IMG/VR virus record: IMGVR_UViG_3300042691_053605
Span: 78,918-142,917 of that record
Direction: 5' to 3' (one strand)
From: a virus
DNA length: 64,000 bases
The position numbers and the translations under genes are program-made. How positions within the stretch are numbered: position 1 is the first letter of the stretch; every line of letters begins with the position of its first letter. Of the stretch, positions 47,145 through 56,222 are shown piece after piece. A model generated the notes under the pieces. The model saw nothing but the letters and a program-made list of their open reading frames with translations. It made no database searches and was not told the DNA's origin.

Positions 47145-49454
47145 TTAGTCGTTCCACCAATCGTAATCGTTAATAACTATGTTTGGATCATTTTCACCAA
47201 TAGTAATTGTTTTATGATTAAGCAAATTTGATAACATAAAACACTTATACGTATCTGCAGCAGAGTTTCTTAATAAGAAGAACGATCTGTTATTTACCGT
47301 GTTACTTATATTAACAATTGGCAATCCCGAATCAAATGAATAGAGTTTTTTCAAATTCAAATCATATACATCATATTGCCAATTGCTATTTTTTGTAGGG
47401 TCTGCATAGCCGAAAATAAAGTTCTTTTCAGATATTGACCAGTCAAATGATTCAGTGTACACAGAAGGAGCTATTTGTACTTCATTGGAAATTGTTCCGC
47501 CGGAAAGAATTCTTGCTTGAATTGAAAGCGGATTGTCTATAGAAACTAAAAGCATAAATCCACTGCTTAACCCGGTTGTTGAAACTCCCCAATTAGGTGT
47601 GTATACTCCATATTCTTTAGTGAGATTCACCCATTTGTTGGTTTTTACATTAAAATAATAGCTAGTATTAAGAGGACTCCACAATATGCTGTTTCTTTCC
47701 CAAATAGTAAAATTTTGATTATCATCGTTTACCGTTACTGTGTCAAGAATAGCAGCTCCTTTAATAACAGAAACCGTGGAATATGCTGGGCCGTCTCCAT
47801 CATTATCTCCGGTATAAAATAAAACACGGTAGTCGCCAGCCGGAAACCATTGATGCGAATCGTTTGAATATACGTTAATTAGGTTTGCAATTACTTGAAA
47901 GGATGTAGGTTCGCCGGTTTTTGTTAGTACTAAAGAATTAAGAGCCCCGCTGGTAGAATCCTCAGACCATAAAAGCTGAGCATCCGTATTAGTAGGATTT
48001 ACTGAATTAAGAGCTACAAATAGAGTGCTGTTGGTGGTAACTGTATGAGTACGCAAATTACCGTCGTCTATGATGTAATGAAGATCCAGGAATGTAACTT
48101 CGGTTCCGGTTAGCCAATCAAAATTGGTGTCTATTGTTTTATGAAAAGCAACAACAACAGAATCACGGTTATATTCTCTTTTGGAGATTAAACTATATGT
48201 GTTTCCTGAAATAGTAAAATTTGGATAGTTTACGCCTCTTGGATGGACCCATGTTTTGTCCTCTCCAATCATTCTTCCAGTCTTTTGATTGTAATTAAAT
48301 AAAATATAGTCCTTTGTTGTATCATCGTTATTTAGTAGAACCACTTGCAATCCAGTAGATCCATAAAATTGGTATTCGAAGTCTGTTATGGAATCGGCTA
48401 CATCAAGAGTAATCTTTTTAAGAAGAGATCCACTTAGATCAAAAATACTAAAAGAGAGGTACAATCCACTGTCATCATCAAATTCTGTTACAAAGCAAAA
48501 ATTGGTATAATCATATAAATAGACATCGTAAATAATAAGAGTATCGTCGTAATTTGTGTCGGCTAATAGGGTTTTTCTATCGCCTTTAATTAAATAATGT
48601 GTTTCTTGTCCAACTATTCCATCACGCTCAAATACATATAACGCAAATGTTCCGTTAGCTGCGGAATCGTCATAAGTGAATTCGGGGGAAATGCTGGTTG
48701 CGTTGTAAAATTCATGATTGTAAATTGCGTCGCCGTCAAAATGTTTCCAACGAAGATAAAGGCCATCTGTATATTTGATTCCAAATCCTTTTCCGCTAAA
48801 CGTATATGTAGAATGCGTTACATTGTTTGTGTTAAATTGCTCTATTAATCTACCTTTTGCATCTACAAAATAGAAAAGATTGTATCCAACCTCGATATTG
48901 CCAAAACGAATAATGTACCCTTTGTTTTGAACAAAGTATTCCAGATTCATGGTCCATTCGTTTATCAAAAAACCGGTGTCGTACTCCTCAGTAGGAACAC
49001 AAGAAGCAGAATCCATTATGAAGTATTTCCAAGTAGTAGAACTATCGTAAGAAAAAATAATAGCGCTTTGACCAGCAGCGTCTCCACGGTTTCCAATAAA
49101 ATAGTCTAACTCAGCAGGACCCCATGTGGTTCTTGCCTGCAAATTACCTTGATTAGTTGATATTGGGGCAAACCCGCTTTCGCCAGGGAAAACGGTAATA
49201 ATAACATCTCCGGCTTCGCCAACAATCTCAATACCTGCGTTTTCTGGGTTGGATGACGGTGAACTTACATAGAGATATTTTCCCTTCCCGCTTAAATCGT
49301 TTACCGCAATATCTAAAGTTGTTCCGTGAGAAAGACTTAATTTTCCAAAATTACTATCTCCAGTAACTTGGTTATTTGCGATTGCTGTATAATTTACAGC
49401 CGTTGGAAAAATTGAGGCAGACTCAACTTTTAATGTGGTTTTCAGTAATGACAT
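47145..49454 (-). CDS. large putative virion protein: family domain plus a beta-rich extension
   Basis: N-terminus matches the paralog family; ~640-aa aromatic/beta-rich C-terminus; late promoter at 49496-49504. Confidence 0.6.
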   Translation of the reverse strand: MSLLKTTLKVESASIFPTAVNYTAIANNQVTGDSNFGKLSLSHGTTLDIAVNDLSGKGKYLYVSSPSSNPENAGIEIVGEAGDVIITVFPGESGFAPISTNQGNLQARTTWGPAELDYFIGNRGDAAGQSAIIFSYDSSTTWKYFIMDSASCVPTEEYDTGFLINEWTMNLEYFVQNKGYIIRFGNIEVGYNLFYFVDAKGRLIEQFNTNNVTHSTYTFSGKGFGIKYTDGLYLRWKHFDGDAIYNHEFYNATSISPEFTYDDSAANGTFALYVFERDGIVGQETHYLIKGDRKTLLADTNYDDTLIIYDVYLYDYTNFCFVTEFDDDSGLYLSFSIFDLSGSLLKKITLDVADSITDFEYQFYGSTGLQVVLLNNDDTTKDYILFNYNQKTGRMIGEDKTWVHPRGVNYPNFTISGNTYSLISKREYNRDSVVVAFHKTIDTNFDWLTGTEVTFLDLHYIIDDGNLRTHTVTTNSTLFVALNSVNPTNTDAQLLWSEDSTSGALNSLVLTKTGEPTSFQVIANLINVYSNDSHQWFPAGDYRVLFYTGDNDGDGPAYSTVSVIKGAAILDTVTVNDDNQNFTIWERNSILWSPLNTSYYFNVKTNKWVNLTKEYGVYTPNWGVSTTGLSSGFMLLVSIDNPLSIQARILSGGTISNEVQIAPSVYTESFDWSISEKNFIFGYADPTKNSNWQYDVYDLNLKKLYSFDSGLPIVNISNTVNNRSFFLLRNSAADTYKCFMLSNLLNHKTITIGENDPNIVINDYDWWND

Positions 49455-49530
49455 GTTTCATACTTTCTTTTTACTGCGTAATTGGAATTACAAAACTATA
49501 TATCTATAGAAAGTTTGAAAAGATACAATA

Positions 49531-50334
49531 CTATACCTCTAAAAGAAGGCCTTCGTGCTCAGTGTCCAAACAATCAATATAGTAATGTTTGGTAGGTTTT
49601 TTGGTATCAATTTCCACCATTTCTATTCCCGGTTTTGCTGTATGGCCAACAATTTGAGTTGTGCCAGCCAGAAAGTTTCCGTTAAGAGTTTTTGGACGTA
49701 CCCAAAAAGGGCCAGCCCACATAGAGGTTCCGCCTGAACTTCCATCTACATTATATAGCGAATCCAAATCAAGATCCCAGGCAAATTGTATTTCGTCGGC
49801 AAGCGTGTATGTACGGTCCTCTGCTACGTCAGAAATCTTTTTTGATCGAACAGTGTTAAACATTTCTTTTCGCATTTCTTTTAGCCAACCGTAGGTTACA
49901 CCGGCATGCGTCCATAAGGTATTACCTATTTGATACGCTGCTTGAAATAGTTCTCGGTTCTCTCGGAAAAGTTGGTAGAGATCATGCTGCATTTCTGGAC
50001 GATAGCCGGAACAGCCGTGGCCTTTGAAAATATACTGGATGTCATGGTTTCCAAGTAGGAGTACTACTCGATCACCTAATACCTTTTTGAATTCAATAAT
50101 TTCTTTTAGATTGTGAAGAATTTCTACGCTACTTATATCAAATGAATCTACATAATCACCAACGAATATGATACGATCCGCTTGCATAAAAGGATAATCT
50201 CTCCAGTAATCGCTGTCAGGAGTTGCTCCGTGATTCACTGCAGTTTTCCAGTCACGGTATTCATCGTATGAATTGTGGGTTATCTTTTTCCAGCAGTCTT
50301 TTCCGTGTATATCTCCAATACTTAAGGTTTTCAT
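49531..50334 (-). CDS. calcineurin-like metallophosphoesterase
   Basis: GDIHG, GDYVD, GNHD, THAG and VGHT. Confidence 0.9.
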   Translation of the reverse strand: MKTLSIGDIHGKDCWKKITHNSYDEYRDWKTAVNHGATPDSDYWRDYPFMQADRIIFVGDYVDSFDISSVEILHNLKEIIEFKKVLGDRVVLLLGNHDIQYIFKGHGCSGYRPEMQHDLYQLFRENRELFQAAYQIGNTLWTHAGVTYGWLKEMRKEMFNTVRSKKISDVAEDRTYTLADEIQFAWDLDLDSLYNVDGSSGGTSMWAGPFWVRPKTLNGNFLAGTTQIVGHTAKPGIEMVEIDTKKPTKHYYIDCLDTEHEGLLLEV

Positions 50335-50340
50335 ACAATG

Positions 50341-51135
50341 CTAATCCTTGAATCTTTTGCGTGTTAATTTTTTATTTTGAAATTTTTGTAGAATCGGTAT
50401 TTCAGCTAACGCATCAAAATCGGTATGTTGAAAAAAATCATCATCATGTTTTATCTTAAAATAACGGTCTCTTGAAGAAATTTTATTATACCCATCAGTA
50501 TCAACTCCGTCGGCATATAACTCATTATTTCTATATTTAACTATATTGCGTTTTAACACTCTTCTTTGTTTTGCCTGCAAAGTATTAAACAAATAATTGT
50601 CCACATTCATTTTTTGTTTACTTTCAGGCAGCATTTTAATTAATGAAGTTAGCCATGCCATATTTAATCTACATGGGTGTTCATTTTTTCTTTTACGATT
50701 AAATAGTATTGTTTTGTTTAATCTAAAAGAATAAAAATAGCCACGTTCCTCATCATAATAATCAATTTTTGATGACAAGAAAGCTGAACAGGTAGACTCT
50801 ATTCTCTTGGAATGTGCATAGCAATCACCAGCTTGTAATATAAAACATAGGGTGTCATCTGCTGCGTCAGCAATTATTTTCCACTTCTGTCCAAGAGGAA
50901 CCCATTCAGGCAGCTCAATATATTTTATTGAAATACATCCAGCTTCTTCCAAACGTTCTTTATAGCTTTGAAGAACTTCGTTTCCTAATTTTTCCTCTGT
51001 ATTTTCTTCGCATACTATAAGTTCCCACTTATATTGAGTTTTTTGGTTAGCTAGCCCCTCCAGCGCAAGCTCTGCAATTACACCCATATTGTATAAAGGC
51101 ATTCCAACGGTGGCAACTATGTTTACATTTTCCAT
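50341..51135 (-). CDS. GT-A (GT2-like) glycosyltransferase, duplicate copy A
   Basis: VGMPLYN...WELIVCEE; acidic motif region QAGDC; start MENVNI at 51135. Confidence 0.65.
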   Translation of the reverse strand: MENVNIVATVGMPLYNMGVIAELALEGLANQKTQYKWELIVCEENTEEKLGNEVLQSYKERLEEAGCISIKYIELPEWVPLGQKWKIIADAADDTLCFILQAGDCYAHSKRIESTCSAFLSSKIDYYDEERGYFYSFRLNKTILFNRKRKNEHPCRLNMAWLTSLIKMLPESKQKMNVDNYLFNTLQAKQRRVLKRNIVKYRNNELYADGVDTDGYNKISSRDRYFKIKHDDDFFQHTDFDALAEIPILQKFQNKKLTRKRFKD

Positions 51136-51173
51136 AAATGTGTATTCTAAATTATTAGATATTTCATGCAATG

Positions 51174-51950
51174 CTAATCCTTGAATCTTTCGTGTGTTAA
51201 TTTTTTATTTTGAAATTTTTGTAGAATCGGTATTTCAGCTAACGCATCAAAATCGGTATGTTGAAAAATTCCATCGTTGTGTATCATCTCAAAATGGCAA
51301 TCTCTTGAAGAGATTTTATTATATCCGTCAGTATAAATGCCGTCGGTATGTAACTCGTTATTTCTATATTTAACTATATTGCCTTTTATTGCCTGCAAAG
51401 TATTAAACAAATAATTGTCCACATTCATTTTTTGATTACTTTCAGGCAGCATTTTAATTAATGAAGTTAGCCATGCCTTACTTAATCTACATGGGTGCCA
51501 ATTATGAGTAAAATTATATAGTATTGTTTTGTTTAATCTAAAAGAATAAAAATAGCCGAATTGCTCATCATAATAGTCAATTTTTGATGACAAGAAAGCT
51601 GAACAGGTAGACTCTATTCTCTTGGAATGTGAATAGTCATCGCCATCTTGCAATATAAAACATAGGGTGTCATCTGCTGCGTCAGCAATTATTTTCCACT
51701 TCTGTCCAAGAGGAACCCATTCATCTAATTTGATGTATTTTATAGACACGCATCCTGCATTTTCTAATTTCTTTCTATAACTTTCTATAGTATCAAGACC
51801 TAGTTTTTCAGAGGTGTCTTCTTCGCATACTATAAGTTCCCACTTATATTGAGTTTTTTGGTTAGCTAGCCCCTCCAGCGCAAGCTCTGCAATTACACCC
51901 ATATTGTATAAAGGCATTCCAACGGTGGCAACTATGTTTACATTTTCCAT
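51174..51950 (-). CDS. GT-A (GT2-like) glycosyltransferase, duplicate copy B
   Basis: Near-identical to copy A; QDGDDY motif. Confidence 0.7.
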   Translation of the reverse strand: MENVNIVATVGMPLYNMGVIAELALEGLANQKTQYKWELIVCEEDTSEKLGLDTIESYRKKLENAGCVSIKYIKLDEWVPLGQKWKIIADAADDTLCFILQDGDDYSHSKRIESTCSAFLSSKIDYYDEQFGYFYSFRLNKTILYNFTHNWHPCRLSKAWLTSLIKMLPESNQKMNVDNYLFNTLQAIKGNIVKYRNNELHTDGIYTDGYNKISSRDCHFEMIHNDGIFQHTDFDALAEIPILQKFQNKKLTHERFKD

Positions 51951-52000
51951 AAATGTGTATTCTAAATTATTAGATATTTATACACAAAAAGAAAAAAGTT

Positions 52001-53236
52001 TTACAAATCGGAAATTCCGCTGTACGCGTAAATCTTTTGACCTACTAGATTAAGGCCAGCTTTTGCTGGATGACTCCACGCATCATACGCCTGTTTGAAA
52101 CCTGCATAAGCATTAAGATCCGGATTGGACTCAAACCAGGTTCTCATATTAACGTCATTGTTTCCGTTGGCAGCCCAGAGAATTGTAAAGTCTTGAACTT
52201 TATCTGCTGCAAGAGCAGCCGTGCCCAAAAGTATTAACTGATCTTTTCTTACCTGGCTAAGACCTTTATTGTTATTGTAAGTTGATTCAGTAATATAGGC
52301 AACTAGATGCACGGTATCATGGTATGCTACAACATGTTCTGCTACCTCTGCATCACTGTAAGTTCCAATATAGTCTTCCAAACGGGAAACGTATATGTCA
52401 TAAGTCATATTATTGGCTTGACAATAGTTATAGATTGCTATGTCATCAGGAATAAAATCTGCAAACGGGCCGTACGGATTGTTTGAATTCCAGAATTCCC
52501 ATTCCTGAGTAAACCCGGTAAACTTTTCTGTGTTGTTGGCGCAGCCATTATTGTAAGAAGCCTCGGTTCCAGGATCACTTTCATTAATGCAATTATCTGC
52601 TTGAGTCACATTGCTAAAAACTCGTGTTTGACCTGCATTTTTTAATTGAGTTACGAGTGCTCTCATAGCTGTGCGGTTACCCGAGGTATTGAGCAGAGTA
52701 CTCATATAAAAAGTAAGATCATTCATATTCTTGGAAGCAATAAAATCTAACAGATCTGCTTCCATAAGTGGGAACCCAAGAATTGTGTTAAACTGATTAA
52801 CGTACATTCCACTTAAAAATCCGGCTGGCGGCACCGTATTTTGGCCGGAATAGAAGAAACTTAAATACTGTGGATTAGCAGATGGGTTAACCGCAGAAAG
52901 CGTTAAGCCTGATTGGTTAGACGCATCAATCGGAAGAAACGCAAAGTCTCCAGGGAAAATTCTTAAAATTTGAACTGGGCCTGCCTCAGAATTTTGTTCC
53001 AATGTTACTGTTATTGGAAGAGTATTTTCTGATGGCGCTGCCGCGTATACAAATAAAATAGATTTGCCGGTTCCTGCTGTTGAGGAACTATAGAGTACTT
53101 CTGTGCTGCTTCCCGAGATGTTTCTAAGTTGAAAACTAGTAGAGTCAGTTTCAGAAGGAGTGACTCTACTAGTTTTATCAATAGGATACGGAAAGAGGTC
53201 GGAAGACTTTATATTAAGTATTCCTTTGAAACTCAT
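52001..53236 (-). CDS. putative virion protein: family domain plus a possible glycoside-hydrolase-like domain
   Basis: N-terminal paralog domain; C-terminal GMYVNQF...FTQEWEFWN resembles a TIM-barrel. Confidence 0.55.
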   Translation of the reverse strand: MSFKGILNIKSSDLFPYPIDKTSRVTPSETDSTSFQLRNISGSSTEVLYSSSTAGTGKSILFVYAAAPSENTLPITVTLEQNSEAGPVQILRIFPGDFAFLPIDASNQSGLTLSAVNPSANPQYLSFFYSGQNTVPPAGFLSGMYVNQFNTILGFPLMEADLLDFIASKNMNDLTFYMSTLLNTSGNRTAMRALVTQLKNAGQTRVFSNVTQADNCINESDPGTEASYNNGCANNTEKFTGFTQEWEFWNSNNPYGPFADFIPDDIAIYNYCQANNMTYDIYVSRLEDYIGTYSDAEVAEHVVAYHDTVHLVAYITESTYNNNKGLSQVRKDQLILLGTAALAADKVQDFTILWAANGNNDVNMRTWFESNPDLNAYAGFKQAYDAWSHPAKAGLNLVGQKIYAYSGISDL

Positions 53237-53652
53237 TATCCCTTTTCTCCGTAAAAATATGAAAGTACCGCGGGAGTTGTGGCAGCAGTGTTGGTAGCCT
53301 TGATTTGGATTCCGCTAGCTGCATTTGCAGATACCGGTAAGTACGCAAAATCAGAAGGGTATAAACGAATTACATCTAGTTCATCGGTAGATAATACATC
53401 AACAACAGAGATAACAATAGGATCTACTGCTGAATTTGTTGATTTTGATTCTAGGTAAAAATAGAGAACTCCGGTATTACCAGAAGCTCCGGTAGAAGCA
53501 AAAATTGTTTCAAATGTATCTGCTGCAATTACGTTAGTTTGAAAAGAGCTGTGATTGCCTGCTACAGTTTCGTTTGCCGTTAAACTAAAGTTGATCGGTG
53601 AAGGAAATGTATTTGTAGAGGTAATTGTTATTTTGGATGTTAGTGTTGCCAT
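53236..53652 (-). CDS. putative virion protein, paralog family member
   Basis: MATLTSKITI..FPSPINF...LYFY..S...N...PSDFAYLP...YFYGEKG. Confidence 0.6.
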   Translation of the reverse strand: MATLTSKITITSTNTFPSPINFSLTANETVAGNHSSFQTNVIAADTFETIFASTGASGNTGVLYFYLESKSTNSAVDPIVISVVDVLSTDELDVIRLYPSDFAYLPVSANAASGIQIKATNTAATTPAVLSYFYGEKG

Positions 53653-53670
53653 TTCAATTCAAATATATTT

Positions 53671-54075
53671 TTATCCTTTTTCACCGTAGAAGTAATTAAC
53701 TGTAGCAGTATTACTCTGGTCAAGGTTATTTAAGGTTACTTTTACAGAAGCTCCATCAGCAAGCAATGGGAACCATGCAAAATCTCCGGGAATTAATTTC
53801 ATTGCCGTAGAATTGAAAGAACCAGAGTCTTGAATGCTAACTGTAATGCCTGCAGCAGGATTTGTAGAAGGAGACTGTAAGTAAACGTAAACTACGTTGC
53901 TGCTGCCTACCGCTGCTGCTGGATCGTAAATGATTGCGGAATCGTCTGCTTCCACTACTACAGTGGAAAACGCCGCGTCAAGCGCTACAGTTTCGGTCAC
54001 AGGCAGCGTGAAATTCACGGGCGTTGGGAACAAAGTAGTTGTAGCTAACTTGATAGTTGATGTAATTGTTGCCAT
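53671..54075 (-). CDS. putative virion protein, paralog family member
   Basis: MATITSTIKL..LFPTPVNF...PGDFAWFP...YFYGEKG; late promoter at 54110-54118. Confidence 0.6.
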   Translation of the reverse strand: MATITSTIKLATTTLFPTPVNFTLPVTETVALDAAFSTVVVEADDSAIIYDPAAAVGSSNVVYVYLQSPSTNPAAGITVSIQDSGSFNSTAMKLIPGDFAWFPLLADGASVKVTLNNLDQSNTATVNYFYGEKG

Positions 54076-54109
54076 CTCATAAGAAGTTATTTTTAGTTTT
54101 TTATCAGAA

Positions 54110-54550
54110 CTATATATCCAATTCTATGTGATTATTACGGCCACTTATCCATTCTCTTTCCGCAATAATCATGGCTTCTGCCGGAGTAAGTCCCGGAACT
54201 TCCGCCTGTGTATACAAAGCAGTATACACTATGTTTACTTCCAGGTCGTGGCGTCTTGAATTACGTAAAACATCCCGAATGGTTCGTAATTCCCAAGATC
54301 TGGATAACGGTTCATATGTAACTTCCATAGGTCCGATGGTTTCACAGAGTGTCACTAGATCCCTTTCGGCATCTTGTATTAGGTTATACATTTCGGGTTC
54401 TACTGTTAACTGCAATGGGCTTCTAAATGATTCACTTTCTGTAGAATACCGTGCAAGCGGCGAACATAGGGTGCCAACGTTCAATCGGTTAACCCATTGA
54501 AAAAAGAGGTCAAACTCATCTTTCTCAATATAAATTACTACCTTGATCAT
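54110..54550 (-). CDS. hypothetical protein
   Basis: 146-aa ORF. Confidence 0.55.
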   Translation of the reverse strand: MIKVVIYIEKDEFDLFFQWVNRLNVGTLCSPLARYSTESESFRSPLQLTVEPEMYNLIQDAERDLVTLCETIGPMEVTYEPLSRSWELRTIRDVLRNSRRHDLEVNIVYTALYTQAEVPGLTPAEAMIIAEREWISGRNNHIELDI

Positions 54551-54575
54551 ATGTATGTTTTTTTATCTATCTCAG

Positions 54576-54584
54576 GATATATAG
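54576..54584 (+). promoter_or_regulatory. late promoter GATATATAG pointing into a non-coding region
   Basis: Exact motif on the plus strand with no substantial ORF downstream. Confidence 0.65.
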
Positions 54585-54589
54585 TATGT

Positions 54590-54871
54590 AGGTCAGGGTT
54601 TCTGTAACCAGGAGTGAAGGAGCAAATTGCACCATCTTCTATTAGGGACTTGAAGAATGAGCAATTTCAGGCTTCAGCCAACGGTTGACAGACTTTCCCA
54701 ATGATCGATAACTGAAAATGTAAGGTGCTGATTGGAGAATCCCAGTCACCCGAAGATTTTTGAAGAACTCAATGGTCTAAAAGGAAGCTTAAACACTCAA
54801 AGGCAGAAAAACACACATTGTAGTCCTCTAGGGATTCTCAAAAGAAAAGGAGCTCAAAGGCTCCTTTCTTT
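54590..54871 (+). ncRNA. candidate structured ncRNA of unknown family
   Basis: Bounded by a promoter and a terminator; several nested helices; no sizeable ORF. Confidence 0.6.
54840..54871. terminator. bidirectional intrinsic terminator
   Basis: AAAGAAAAGGAGC-tcaaag-GCTCCTTTCTTT. Confidence 0.75.
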
Positions 54872-54889
54872 ATGCTGAATGTTTGTTAT

Positions 54890-55429
54890 TTATTTTTTCC
54901 TAAATACTGCTAACGTATTATCATTTTTTCCAAAGGAATTGTATTCCTCTATAAGCTCTATTTCCTGATTTTTTAATAAACTATGATATCTTGGTCGATA
55001 CCAAAAATCATGCATAATTAAAATACCACCAGACTTTAGCGAATGCATGGAAGAAACTGCAGAATTTACTCTATCTCTGCCATCTACCAAAATTACATCG
55101 AATTGATCAGCGTCTAAATTCTTAATAAATTTTAGATAGTTTTCAAATTGTCCTGGCTGTGCTGGCTGAAATGTATGCGTTTGTGGAAAGTTAGGAGAAA
55201 TTAAATGTATTTTCCATTTGCATTTTGCCTTGTAATTTAATTCTTTTGCAATTTGCTCGGACCATTTTTTGTCGTGCTCTATCGAAACAATACTATTAAC
55301 AATTTTTGAAAAATATAGAGTGCTGCTTCCACATCCTATTTCTAAAAGATTAGTATCTCTGCTAATATATGTCGTTAAATGACATATTTCCTCGTAATTC
55401 ATATAAGGAAGATTCTTAATATCTGGCAT
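54890..55429 (-). CDS. class I SAM-dependent methyltransferase
   Basis: LLEIGCGSST, SIEHD and FDVILVDG; likely start MPDIKN at 55429. Confidence 0.8.
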   Translation of the reverse strand: MPDIKNLPYMNYEEICHLTTYISRDTNLLEIGCGSSTLYFSKIVNSIVSIEHDKKWSEQIAKELNYKAKCKWKIHLISPNFPQTHTFQPAQPGQFENYLKFIKNLDADQFDVILVDGRDRVNSAVSSMHSLKSGGILIMHDFWYRPRYHSLLKNQEIELIEEYNSFGKNDNTLAVFRKK

Positions 55430-55433
55430 ATAA

Positions 55434-56117
55434 TTATTTGGTTTGGGCTCCACGAGAGTAGAACCAATCCTTTCCGTAAGTAATGGAAAGTTCTTCTCCA
55501 GGTTCAATATCGCGTTTTGCATAGAAAACAATTGACTTCTTGGAAGGATCTACTTCATAGGTAACGTTTGGCTGGTTATTGTGATTATAGATTGATCCGT
55601 AACCAAAAACAACAGCGCAGCGCTCGTCGTCAATTGTAAAGAGATAATCACAGATTGGTTCAACCTGTAAAAGATCCATTGGAACCGTAACATACGGAGC
55701 CTCCTCAATAACCTCTTTAGATTTTAGAGGATGCAGAGCAAAAACTCCACGGCCACCGTTAATTGATTTGCCAACTCCAATTTTATGCCAGTTCTTAGCA
55801 GAAACCGAACGCGAAAGAAGAGTACCAGGCTCGCGAATGTATTCGGGTTCTACCTCTTTTCCTTGCTTAAGAGCATCCGGTTTTTCTGCCTCGTTGGCTT
55901 CTTCGCGAGTTTTCTTGGCAATAAGTTCGCGCAGCCCAGAAAGAAAATCTTCCGATTTGGCTTTCATGTAGAGCTCCAAATCATTGGCGGCGGGTTTGCC
56001 ACATGTTTCCAACTCCTGGTTTAATTGAGCAATCATTTCTGGAGTCGGGAAATAATTAAAAGTCTTAATGATTTCTTCCAGACGATTTGCTACTATGTAT
56101 TTATTGTATGCTATCAC
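55434..56117 (-). CDS. SET-domain protein lysine methyltransferase
   Basis: GRGVFA, YNHNNQPN and DIEPGEELSITYG; late promoter at 56140-56148. Confidence 0.88.
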   Translation of the reverse strand: MIAYNKYIVANRLEEIIKTFNYFPTPEMIAQLNQELETCGKPAANDLELYMKAKSEDFLSGLRELIAKKTREEANEAEKPDALKQGKEVEPEYIREPGTLLSRSVSAKNWHKIGVGKSINGGRGVFALHPLKSKEVIEEAPYVTVPMDLLQVEPICDYLFTIDDERCAVVFGYGSIYNHNNQPNVTYEVDPSKKSIVFYAKRDIEPGEELSITYGKDWFYSRGAQTK

Positions 56118-56171
56118 AGTATTGAAATGTTTTTCTAAACTATATATCCATTGGTGTCTTGGAGTGAGGAC

Positions 56172-56200
56172 AAAAAAAGAGAGACCGAAGTCTCTCTTTT
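56172..56200 (-). terminator. intrinsic terminator after the capsid gene
   Basis: AAAAGAGAGAC-cgaa-GTCTCTCTTTT (UUCG loop on the minus strand). Confidence 0.85.
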
Positions 56201-56222
56201 AAGTATGATTGTAATACTAAGA

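Larger units (their letters stand above)
50336..51979. repeat. tandem gene duplication (~50336-51164 and ~51169-51979)
   Basis: Long identical DNA blocks, including the upstream leader and the stop-codon flank. Confidence 0.9.

Noticed and set aside
50336-51979. DGR template/variable repeat pair
   Set aside because: The whole gene is duplicated, differences include indels and are not adenine-specific, and there is no reverse transcriptase in the window.
54590-54871. SAM-I riboswitch, SRP RNA or RNase P assignment for the ncRNA
   Set aside because: Only short fragments match (AAGGTGCT, GGTCAGG); the required conserved cores are absent and no gene lies downstream on that strand.
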